A DNA stretch of 64,000 bases. It comes from Octopus sinensis (taxonomy: Eukaryota). Under the pieces are notes generated by a model. The model saw nothing but the letters and a program-made list of their open reading frames with translations, ran no database searches and was not told where the DNA came from. The stretch is taken from positions 62,868,001-62,932,000 of the forward strand of contig NC_043005.1 in NCBI RefSeq assembly GCF_006345805.1, read 5' to 3'. The position numbers and the translations under genes were made by a program. This document shows, in pieces, positions 37,119 through 48,620 of this stretch (position 1 is its first letter; each line of letters begins with the position of its first letter).

Positions 37119-38171
37119 TACATTATATATATATATATATATATATATATGCCAGCATGGAAAGCAGATGTTAATTGACAATGATGATGATATATAAAAA
37201 CACTTGAACACAAAGTATACAGTGTAGAGTAGAAGGAAAGCAAATAGAGTACTAAATACTGAAGGTAGAGTATCAAAATACATTTAAGCTGAAATATCAT
37301 ATTTTAAATTTCATGATTCTAATTGTTGAGCAGAATGTGAACAACAAAAATAGAAATCATTAAAAAGAACATTGAGATAATGAAAAGGTAAAATGGAGCA
37401 TTTAATTGGTTACATATGTAAACTAATTCAAATTGATAAAAATATTTGATTGTTTCAGAATCAAGAAAGGAAGTATACAAGTGTGTGTTTCAATTGAATG
37501 AATAAAAGCAATATGAATAAAATACCTGTGCAAAGCAAGGTAACTAGGAACATTCACAGAATGTCATTTATGCTCAATTGCAGCAATGTCAAAGAAAGAA
37601 AGAAAGAAAGAAAGAGAGAAAGAAAGAACGAGAAAGATTCAAAACACCTTGGTTAAAAAAAGAAAGGTTGATTCTAGAACATTTTTAAAATTGAATTTCA
37701 TACACAAAGCCATTGATGTTCACATAAAGAACCCTTTAACATGGCACAACAAAAATAATTAAACAGGAAACAAATAGCTAAAGAGAAAAAGATGAAATAG
37801 GAAACAGTAAGAAACATACTCTGTATATTTCTATGGCATGTTTGACTTAGGAAAATTACATAATAACATTTATGATTTAATTACAATAGAGTCAAGATAC
37901 TGTTGTATGACATCCAGAAGCTTTCCTTCTAATGTAATAATAAAATACTTTATGGCAAACAAAGGTAGCAACACAGTATCTTTCTTACATTGTCAAATTC
38001 CCCTCACAAGTTAGTGCCAGTACATAGCTAAAGAAACTTGCCTATGATGTCCATGGGGGGAGGTAATCCAGCTTCTTCATTGTATAAATATACTGCTATA
38101 TGTGTATGTGTGTATAAATATATATGCATATATATACATACATTTGCATATAAGTATAAATTCATATATAC

Positions 38172-38335
38172 AGGTGTGGCTGTGTGATAAGAAGCTTGCT
38201 TCCCAACCACATGGTTCCGGGTTCAGTTCCACTGCATACCACCTTGGGCAAGTGTCTTCTACTATAGCATTGGACTGACCAAATCCTTGAGAGTGGATTT
38301 GATAGATGGAAGCTGAAATAAGCTCATTGTACACA
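38172..38335 (+). mobile_element. Family B SINE head followed by microsatellite
   Basis: CAGGTGTGGCTGTGTGATAAGAAGCTTGCTTCCCAACCACATGGTTCCGGGTTCAGTTCCACTGC..TTGGGCAAGTGTCTTCTACTATAGC. Confidence 0.85.
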
Positions 38336-38344
38336 CACACACAC

Positions 38345-38405
<61 letters not shown>

Positions 38406-38422
38406 TATCTATACTATAATGG

Positions 38423-38723
38423 GTGAAGGCACATGGCCTAGTGGTTAGAGCAGTGGACTTGTGGTCGAGGGATCGCAGGTTTGAATCTCAGACCGGGTGA
38501 TGTGTGTGTTTATGAGCAAAACACCTAAGCTCCACGCGGCTCCAGCAGAAGGTAATGGCGAACTTCTGCTGACTCTTTTGCCACAACTTTTTCTCATTCT
38601 TTCCTCCTGGATCTTACAGCTCACCTGCAATAGACTGGCGTCCTGTCCAGGTAGGGAACCTATACGCCAAGGAAACCGGCCCTAATGAGCCAGGTGTGGC
38701 TCGAGGAGAAACAAACAACAACA
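38423..38723 (+). mobile_element. Family C-related SINE with (ACA)n tail
   Basis: tRNA-like head GAAGGCACATGGCCTAGTGGTTAGAGCAGTGGACTTG; 12-bp TSD ATACTATAATGG (38411-38422 / 38724-38735). Confidence 0.9.
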
Positions 38724-39703
38724 ATACTATAATGGAGAAAGCTGCTAATTAATTAGGTATGTAACAATTACTAAAAGAAAGCAATTATTAAAGGGTTGAC
38801 CATCCGGAAATATTTTTATAAATTCGTGTACTAAGAAATTTCCTATAATCTCTATTTCTTGAGTTTATTGAATTTTTTTAACTCCAATTTCTCGCAAATA
38901 TAAATATTCACTGTGTCCAATTCATCACAAATTTAAATATTCATTGCATTCACTGCAGAGTATTCCATTTTCATTAACGAAGTCTCTCACTTTCTCTTTT
39001 AAGTTTTAACTCACTATTACTGTATATGTAATATAAAAACATTATTTACTGAATGAAAATTTTTTTAAATACCTGTATAATTTTTAATGTGGGATAGTTG
39101 TGAGAAGAGCCTAGAAAGTTGGCTAATCACTATTAGAAGATGAAGGAAAAAATAAAAAGTTACCCACACGTACTGAAAACTTGCACCTTATTCAGTTTCC
39201 AAACGCAACTTCAACAGTGATACACACATAGATACATATACACATACAAATGAAAGGCAATGAATGTGTGTGTGTGTGTGCATGTGTGTATGTGTGCTGT
39301 TCTCTGACTAAACTTCATGTTGCATCACTTTTGTGAAGCTTTGTCAGTGAACAGGTCATGGTTTCAAAGCAATGAAAATATTTTGACACAAATGAAATTT
39401 TAATATTGAAGTGAATCTAATGATATTTATGTGTTCTTGAATGGTTAACAAACATCTTCCATGCTGCAATTGTTTTAGTTTCAGCACACAATCTCAGATC
39501 AAGTCACTTGCTATGCAAGTACATCTCTGTAATTTTTTAAAATCCCTGCGGATAAATGCCAGCAATGACCTTCTCAGGCTCTCCAATATTTTTAATTCTA
39601 GACAGAAACAATCAGGGGCAGGGAGTGGGGTTGCAAAAACTTCATAATTTCTCAAATTTTCGTTTTTTATAGCATATAAATATATTTATGGGGAAAAAAT
39701 ATT

Positions 39704-39914
39704 CTTTTCTACTCTAGGCACAAGGCCCGAAATTTTGGGGGATGGGCCAGTCAATTAGATTGACCCCAGTACACAACTGATACTTAATTTATCAACCCTG
39801 AAAGGATGAAAGACAAAGTCGACCTCGGCAGAATTTGAACTCAGAACATAAAGACAGACAAAATACCACTAAGCATTTCGCTCAGCATGCTAACATTTCT
39901 GCCAGCTAACCATC
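39704..39914 (-). mobile_element. Family A SINE, first of a tandem pair
   Basis: Homologous to 58435-58651; bounded by TTATGGGGAAAAAA(A)TATT. Confidence 0.9.
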
Positions 39915-39933
39915 TTATGGGGAAAAAAATATT

Positions 39934-40147
39934 TATTTATTTATTGCCTACAGGGGGCTAAACATAGACAGACAAAGAGATTAAGTTGATTACATTGACC
40001 CCAGTGTGTAACTGGTACTTATTTGATCAACCCCGAAAGGATGACAGGCAAAGTCGACCTTAGCAAAATTTGAACTCAGAATGTAAAGCGATGAAATACC
40101 GCTAAGCATTTTGCCCAGCATGCTAACATTTCTGCCAACTCACCGCC
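39934..40147 (-). mobile_element. Family A-like SINE with a different 3' end, second of the tandem pair
   Basis: Same head and body; 3' end differs (plus strand TTATTGCCTACAGGGGGCTAAACATAGACAGACAAAGAG); bounded by the same target sequence. Confidence 0.85.
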
Positions 40148-41731
40148 TTATGGGGAAAAAAATATTGAAAATCATTCATACATGTGAGAGTGATAAAGAA
40201 ATGAGAATGTGCTAGAAACAACACCCATATCGTTTTTACAAGTAATCGTAGTAGTAGCCGTGCTGCTAAGTTTCCTTGACAACTATATAGTGTCTTTCAA
40301 AAGTATCATCAGTCAAATAGTTTAACACAGCTTTTTAGCTCTTGACTGCTTTTATTATTGCAATAATTCAGACCAGATATTTGGCCTAAAGGTAACTTAC
40401 TCTTTTCTTTCCACCAGTCTGAGAGGCCCTAAAAAAGGGTGGTGGATGCTGTCCTTCCTCTTCTAAGTCATTAAAGAAAGGAAGTTAACAATTTCTGCTT
40501 TTATTTGTTAGAGAATATAATAAATATTTTAATAATAACTATTCATTGTCATAATCATTGCTAAATACTTCCTTCATATATATGTGTGCATATATATATG
40601 CGTGTGTGTGTATCTATCTCTATCTCTCTCATATATGTGTGTGCATATATATATATATAAATGAACACACACACACATATATATATCTGTGACATCTATA
40701 GTTTTTTTAGTTTGCAAATGATTAGTTATCAAAGTATAATGAATTCAATTTTCTTTTTAAATGTGGTATTATACTGTCATAAAACCATCACCAGTTGGGG
40801 AAAAAAAGTTCCAGATATACATAGAAAAACGACCTAGATTATTTCTAATGTTATTAGCTTTTATTGCAAGACCCTATAGCATTCACCTTTGTTAATGCTG
40901 CCAGAGATGTCATGTAATCAATACCTCAAAAAGTAAATATGCTAAAAAGGATAAGAGCAGATTCAAAATCAGAAAATATAAACAGCATAAGAATCAATCA
41001 ATAGATGCATTAATGACTGAATTCAGAGCCTTTGGGGAAGAAATGTTTGGTAAATATCTTTACTGCTGAACAACAAGACAACTGCTAATATGTGATGCTT
41101 TTGCGGCTGGCATCAACTCTCTTGTGGCTGACTGAATCAGCTGATAATTATTTCAATCATTTATATAAAACTGCTTTCAATGGAATTAGCAATTAAAGAT
41201 TTGAAGAATTTCCAAAGGGATGTTTCAATAAAAATGGCAACTACAAGTATGTTGTTAAATTCTGCAATGCTACTTTTGTAGTGGAACTATATAAACAGTT
41301 AGATATACTGAAGCAATGTCAGTAAGATGTGAAAGAAGGCTTAAGCACTTTTTTACAACATGTAAAACGTAGAAGGGAACATCAATGTAAAATGAAGTCA
41401 TTGGGTCTGAAGAATATAATGAAGGTATAATTCCTAAATTATTTAGATTAGGAAATATTACAGTCTTCATAGATAACCATACTGTTAACAGAAAATTGAA
41501 CAGAGGATCCATGAAAACTGTTTCTAAAAAGTTGCTTGACAAATGGAGGTTGAATTATAAAGAAATTCATGTTCTACAGTGGTTTTGACAAATTAGTAGC
41601 CCCAAATGACACAACCAGTACTTGATCATTTCGCATGTTGTTAGTTCAAACGAATAAATATCAATGAGAGTTTGATTAAAAGAAATTTCCTATACATATA
41701 CACATAAATACACATTATGTGTGTGTGTATA

Positions 41732-42616
41732 CAGGGTGTGATGGGTAAATTGTCACCATTTTATATTTTTAATTTCATGCATGCAGTGTTTGTTTTTGAT
41801 TTTGTTGACTACACAGTATAGTAGAGTCAGTTGGGCACTGTCTATGATAAAAATAGCACCATGATGCAATTCACTCGGCCAGAAATTTGGAAATGACATG
41901 CTGTACTTCTTAGTATTCTTGCTGGAAGCTCCAATACGAACATTTCAGTGTTTGAGTGTCAATCAGAAGACAGTGTTATCTGAGGGCATGCACCAAGAAT
42001 GATAAAAATTAAACATCCAGTCAACATCATGGTGTTTGGAGTGATCACTAGTGATGGTGAAGTTACGCCTTCATTCATCTTCCCACACGACCTCAGACTC
42101 AATATGGTGGCCTACATCAAGTACCTGAAGGAGGTAGTGCTGCCCTGGGTCAACAGGGTGGCTGCTGGAAACCCCATATCTGACAACAGGACTCTGCACC
42201 ATGTCACACAAGTAAGAGAACCCAGTCATAGCTATCAGACAATTCCTGTGACCACATCACCCCTAACATCTGGCCATCTAACTCCCCAGACTGCAACCCC
42301 TTTGATTATGATGTGTGGGGTGCAGTTGAGTAAGAGACCAGCAAAACCCCTTGTAACACCAAAGATGAACTGAAGGCAAAGATTATGGGTGCATTCACCA
42401 AATTAAACAAGGAGACTGTCCAGAAGAGTTGCAAGAGATTCCGAAGTTGTCTAGAGGTGATAGTTGAAGCCAATGACGATTTTATTGAATCGATTGACAT
42501 TTTAGTACTTCAAGATATTTTTATGTAATTTTGGTAATTATATCTGTTAAAATGAATATGTCAGTGTTATTTTCATTTTCATGTAATCTAGATGACAGTT
42601 TATTCACCGCACCCTG
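41732..42616 (+). mobile_element. Internally deleted maT (DD37D-like) Tc1/mariner transposon
   Basis: TIRs CAGGGTGTGATGGGTAAATTGTCACC / GATGACAGTTTATTCACCGCACCCTG; KHPVNIMVFGVITSDG..LPWVNRVAAG/QQDSAPCHTS..IWPSNSPDCNPFDYDVWG..CNTKDELKAKI..SCKRFRSCLEVIVEA. Confidence 0.92.
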
Positions 42617-42902
42617 TGTGTATGTATATATATATTGAAAAGGTTGCAAGACGCAGCAAAAATTTTAGAAAATATAGAAAAAATGAGTGGAAAGTTTACT
42701 GGTGAGTGTGTTAAATTATAATGCACTAAAAGAGAATGACTCTCCCCAGACACAAGAGCATATACTATATATATATATATATGCATATACATGAATGTAT
42801 ATGAATATATATATATGTGTGCGTGTGTGTGTGTATAAATATACACACATATACATGTATATATATATATACACATACACATGTATATATATGTATATAT
42901 AT

Positions 42903-44830
42903 TACTCTTTTACTCTTTTACTTGTTTCAGCCATCCGGCTGAGGCCATGCTGGGGCACCGCCCTTGTTGCTACCCTCTCTAAGTCCAGTTTGCCGTGGCT
43001 GGCCACTGATCTAAGAGAGAGTTTGTAGCTGCTGCCCTTAGGTTACCTTCGTACCTTGCAGTGGGTTCATCTGGGATCCCGGAAAGCAGCTTGTCTAGAT
43101 GTTTTTTGAAAATGTCCACATCCGCATCATGTAGATCTCTTAGTTTTCTTGGCAGTTTGTTGAACAGCTGAGGGCCCCTGAACCCCAGGCTATTACAGTA
43201 TCTGCTCCTTACCCTGGATGTGGAAGACGGGACCTTTGGCACCACACAGTGACGTCCTGTACGGGGATTGGAACAGCTCTCAATTCCAAAATTTGGTGCT
43301 AGTCCCTCCAGGATTTTCCATATGTATATCACTGCATATCTCTCTCGTCTTCGTTCCAAGGAGTACAAATTGAGTTCCCTAAGCCTCTCCCAATAGTTCT
43401 TTTCTTTCATGGTGGAAATCCTCTTGGTGAAATGTCTTTGGATTGTCTCAAGCTCTGTGGTTAGTTTGACACTATGCGGTGACCACAGTTGGGAGCAGTA
43501 GTCCAGGCGGCTTAGGACAAATGTCCTCCATAGTGTCAACATGGTCTCGCAGTCTCTTGTCCGGAATGTCCTCAGGATCCAGCCAGTGAGTCGTCTGCAC
43601 ATTGTCGCCACCTTCGCGATGTGTGAAGAAAAAGATGCATCGTCACTCATGTCTATCCCCAGGTCCCGTATTGATTTCGATACTGGGATTTCGATCCCTC
43701 CTGGACCAGTATAGTTGTGTTGTAATGTATATGTGTTTACAGCTTGATATTGTAAGGCTTGAAATTTACCAGCATTAAATTGCATGTTGTTGTCTTCAGC
43801 CCATTTGTATATGGCATCCAGATCTTGTTGTAAAAGGTCAGCATCAGCTGGGTTTTTGATTGCCTGTGCTACCTTTGTGTCATCAGCATAGCTAGTGAGG
43901 GATGTTGTTTGTGCTACCAAGGGCATGTCAGAGAGCGCCACCAAAAACAGCAAGGGTCCCAAGACTGTGCCCTGTGGCACCCCGCTTGCTATTGGTGTCT
44001 TTCCCGAGAGGGCTCCATTGGCTGCAACCATCTGGCTTCTGTCCTTCAGGAAGTCATGTATCCACTCACCTACTTTTCCTGTTATGCCGAGTCTGAGTAA
44101 TTTGTGACATATCACTCCGTGGTCGACTTTGTCAAAGGCCTTCGCATAGTCGAGATATACCACATCTACCTGTGAGCGATCCAGTAGTTGTTTCAGTACC
44201 CAGTCGTAGTGTTGTAACAGCTGCGTAAGGCAGCTTCTTCCTGGGCGAAAGCCATGCTGTGTGTCAGTGAGACGGTTAGTTTCTTCGAGGAACGTGATCA
44301 GTTTTTTTCTGATGATTCGTTCCATGACCTTACTTATGTGTGACGTCAGGGAGACTGGCCTGTAGTTTTTGGCCTCTGCTCTACTCCCTCTTTGTGGATA
44401 GGGCATATGGTGCCTTCTTTTAGCGCCCTGGGCAGTTTACCGTTAGCCAAGGAACCACTGAAGAGCTTCTTCAGTGGTCCCGCTAGGGCATGCCTGCATG
44501 TCTTTAGGAGGACTGCTGGGAATCCATCTGGTCCAGCAGCTGAGTTTATTCTCATTTCTTCTATGGCAGATATTACATCCCTCTCTGTTATGTCTATGTG
44601 GTCGATGGTTGTTGTTTGGTTTTGGAGTGTTGTGGCATCAAAGAAAACTTCTGGGTTTGTGATTTGCATGTGCCCCAGAGGGGATGTGAACACACTTTTA
44701 TACTGTTCCTTTAGTATTTCACTTATCCCTTGGGGGTCCTCAGTTAGAGAGCCCTTTTTATCAAAGAGTGGGCCAATCTTGCAGTGTACTGAGGTGGTTT
44801 CTTTCGCAAATTTAAAGAAGGCTTTAGGTT
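42903..44830 (-). mobile_element. Young 5'-truncated CR1-group LINE; ORF2 RT with a single frameshift near 44390; intact 3' end
   Basis: [95 protein letters not shown] (ORFs 44346-45326 and 42979-44406). Ends with a hairpin and (GTAAAAGA)2. Confidence 0.95.
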
Positions 44831-44831
44831 T

Positions 44832-44845
44832 GTATGTATGTATAC

Positions 44846-44891
<46 letters not shown>

Positions 44892-44979
44892 ATATATATA
44901 TATACACACACACATATACATACATTTGCATATATATATATATATGTATGTGTGTGTATATATATATAAATACACACAT

Positions 44980-45076
<97 letters not shown>

Positions 45077-45260
45077 CATATATATATATATATATATGCA
45101 TGTATGTGTGTGTGTATATATATATACACACACATATACATACATATATTATATATATATATACATACACACACACATATACATGTATATATATATATAC
45201 ATGCACACACACATATACATGTATATATATATATGTATATATATATATACACATACACAA

Positions 45261-45292
<32 letters not shown>

Positions 45293-45357
45293 GCATGTAT
45301 GTGTGTGTGTATATATATATACACACACATACATGTATATATATATATATATATGTA
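44832..45357. repeat. Compound TA/TG/CA microsatellite array with self-complementary higher-order units
   Basis: Read directly; e.g. GTATGTGTGTGTATATATATATATACACACACATATAC. Confidence 0.97.
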
Positions 45358-45885
45358 CCAGCAGTATAACTCGGCTTTGCCCGGGATTAAGTTTGGATTA
45401 TTAAGCTAATCAGGTTCTTTATTTCAAACCAAACTAAGTAACATTGACGTCAAATTTGGGTGAAATCTGTTGAAATTGGTTTATATATATAGGGAGGGGG
45501 CAACACACACACACATATACACACGCACATACGTACAGCTATTGCATACATGTTCCTCTGTGTGTGTGTGTGTGTGTGTTGCCCGTATGTCAACAAAACA
45601 CTTTTTTCCTCGATGGAAAGAAAAAAATAACACAAGTCTTAATAAAAACTTACTAGAAGGGGACTTAACTCCTGTTTGCAAACAATGGACTTTAAAATTG
45701 TTAAAAGTTTTGGTTGAAAATTTATTTTTACTGCTATTCCTCTGGGGAAAATAAGTTGACGAAAATACAGCTAGGATCATGACGAATGTCTTCCTAAAAC
45801 TGGAGCAACATGCGTGCTAATTTGTAGACGTGCATAAATTACATTCATGTACACACACACACATCCTACCTTTTATATATACAGA
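45358..45885 (-). mobile_element. Non-autonomous Helitron between two microsatellite arrays
   Basis: Minus strand starts A|TCTGTATATATAAAA and ends CCCGGGCAAAGCCGAGTTATACTGCTGG|T (hairpin plus CTRR). Confidence 0.7.
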
Positions 45886-45948
45886 TATATATGTATATAT
45901 ATACACACATACAGACACACACATATATATATACATATATACATGTAT

Positions 45949-45990
<42 letters not shown>

Positions 45991-46121
45991 CACATATATA
46001 AGTGTATATATGTATATATATAAATGCATATATATATATATGCATATATACATATATATTATATATACACACACACTATATAAGTGTATATATGTATATA
46101 TATATATGTATATATAAATGC

Positions 46122-46156
<35 letters not shown>

Positions 46157-46202
46157 TAAGTGTATATATGTATATATATAAATGCATATATATATATATA
46201 TG

Positions 46203-46234
<32 letters not shown>

Positions 46235-46280
46235 CATATATAAGTGTATATATGTATATATATATATGTGTATATATATG

Positions 46281-46323
<43 letters not shown>

Positions 46324-46690
46324 CACATATATAAGTGTATATATGTATATATATAAATGCATATATATATATATGCATATATACATATATATATATATAT
46401 ACACACACACATATATAAGTGTATATATGTATATATATAAATGCATATATATATGCATATATACATATATATATATATATACACACATATATAAGTGTAT
46501 ATATGTATATATATAAATGCATATATATATATATATGCATATACATATATATATATATATACACATATATAAGTGTATATATGTATATATATAAATGCAT
46601 ATATATATATATATGCATATATACATATATATATATATATACAACACATATATAAGTGTATATATGTATATATATATATATGTGTATATA

Positions 46691-46756
<66 letters not shown>

Positions 46757-46878
46757 TATATATGTGTATATATGTATATATATATATATGTATATATGTG
46801 TATATATGTATATATATATATATATATGTGTATATATGTATATAGTGTATATATGTATATATATGTATATATGTGTAT

Positions 46879-46936
<58 letters not shown>

Positions 46937-46937
46937 C
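45886..46937. repeat. 1.05-kb (TA)-based array with a ~76-91 bp higher-order unit (9 copies)
   Basis: Marker TATAAGTGTATATATG near 45997, 46078, 46155, 46239, 46330, 46414, 46490, 46568, 46651. Confidence 0.97.
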
Positions 46938-47479
46938 ACAACCCATAGTCAAGAATAATAAATGATTCATATCATGCTTTAATTGTATTGATGTACTAAA
47001 ATGGAATTGCTTGTACAAACAATGAAACAAAATGAAAAGTTGAAAGCACTTAATGCAATAATATTTCTTAATAATCTACAACAAAGATTACTTCTTCATT
47101 ATTCTAATCAACACACTCTGATTCTCACCAAAATGCACGAATGGACAATTATGTGACATGAATAGGAAATTAAGGAATAGATCTTGACAGATAATTTTGA
47201 TTATTATATATATAGGTAACAACTTACTCTGTTAAATGTCATCAATTTAACCGAATATCTTACTTTCTTATGAATACTTATTGAACATATAATATATAAT
47301 AAATAATGAACAATATAGCTAAGCAGAGGTAAAAGAAGTAACTGATTGTAAGGGTAAGGTAATATAAAATAAGAATTATGTTATATACAAATGAGTCCAA
47401 CACATTTCATGAAACTTTCAACATCATGATTATTAAAAGAAACACAGGTATAAGAAGAGGATAATGAAGGAAATTGAAA

Positions 47480-48620
47480 TAATCTGAAAGCAAACTCTCC
47501 ATTGTACATTAGTAAAACCACGAAGTTTGTAATATTAACTGCATCAGTTATGAATTGTAAAGTACAGACTCACAATTTCATTTTGGCATTTTAGCAGAGA
47601 AGTGTTCCTTAAGCTACCTTCTAATATATACAGAAAATAGTGAATTTGGAATAGTGAATTTGCACCTGTCATGGTACAAGAAAGTAGCTTAATCATTGAT
47701 TGGGTTTAGAGTAGGAATCATAATACTTTATTTCACTGGCATGATGCAAATGAGAATTTGAATATGTATTCTGTGAAAATAAATTGTTTGTAAAAGATGT
47801 AAGTGATAACAGTAATGAAAAAAGAAATTCAAATATGGAAGTCATGAGAATGGAATATTCAAGTACTTAGGATTGAATGTTAATTAATCCAAGAATAGAA
47901 TTATTGTAGATCAAGATTTACACATCATGCATATCTCCATGAGAAACAAAGAAAGTAAGACTACTGATGAAAAATTACAAGTTAAGTGGAGATGAGAAAT
48001 CTGAATTAAGAAAACTTGCAGCCCAGATAATGATGATGTCTACTCAGACTTACCCAGATGTAATATGAGTAATACTGGGAAACATCCTAAACTGAAGATT
48101 CTAATTAAAATTAATAAAATCATTAAATCTTAAATCCAGGAAAAGTTTCTTATTTCCCAAGTTGGAAACACTTCAACTCTGAACATAACTGCTCTTTTGA
48201 TGCCACTTATTTTAGTTTAGAAGTGGGATCTTCATAAGGTTGTTATATTGTCTTTGTTGAAGGTAATGGGAAAAGATAGCAAGATGGCCACAATTTGTTG
48301 GAGATCAAACAACTGGATTATATAATAAAGTCCATTAGCTCAAGAGACTCTTGCATTCAGTGATGAAGCTGATACTAGTGTTTTAGTTGCTGATGTGAAA
48401 CAGGAAATATTCCAACTACTCATATTACCATAAGTACTCTATGAAACTGAAAAATCATCATATGTAGAAACCTTAAATTATTTTTACTTTGTCAAAGTGT
48501 TGAAGTATCAAGAATAAAGAAATGATGATCAACAAAGAAGTTCAGGTAGAATGAATCAGAGATCATGAGCAAATTTCAAACTGTATGCTATAAGCAAGTG
48601 GTTTCTGAGACTTGGAAAGG
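47480..48620 (+). mobile_element. Heavily decayed Ty1/copia RT-RNase H (GalEa-like)
   Basis: Across frameshifts: NSP..FVILTASVMN..REVFLKLPSNI..SWYKKVA..TLFHWHDANENL..GIFKYLGLNV..IIVDQ..DEKSELRKLAAQI...TQTYPDV..FDATYFSLEVGSS*GCYIVFV..AQETLAF..ADTSVLVAD. No LTRs found. Confidence 0.7.

Noticed and set aside
40401-40428. 28-nt minus-strand micro-exon candidate with strong splice signals (similar case near 37989-38027)
   Set aside because: All three frames are open and nothing is recognisable, so it cannot be assigned from sequence alone.
40900-41600. Segment with coding-like texture (..ELAIKDLKNFQRDV..NEVIGSEEYNEGIIPKLFRLG..)
   Set aside because: Many stops and no motif I can assign; a frameshift-aware protein search is needed.
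44346-47030. Many long Y/I/H/T/C/V-rich ORFs, also at 26600-26825 and 35853-36768
   Set aside because: (TA)n/(CA)n/(TG)n tracts lack stops in most frames; only the LINE-derived parts are coding.
47574-48086. Two minus-strand exon-like segments with good donors (48054-48086 and about 47574-47620)
   Set aside because: Both lie inside the antisense strand of the copia fossil.
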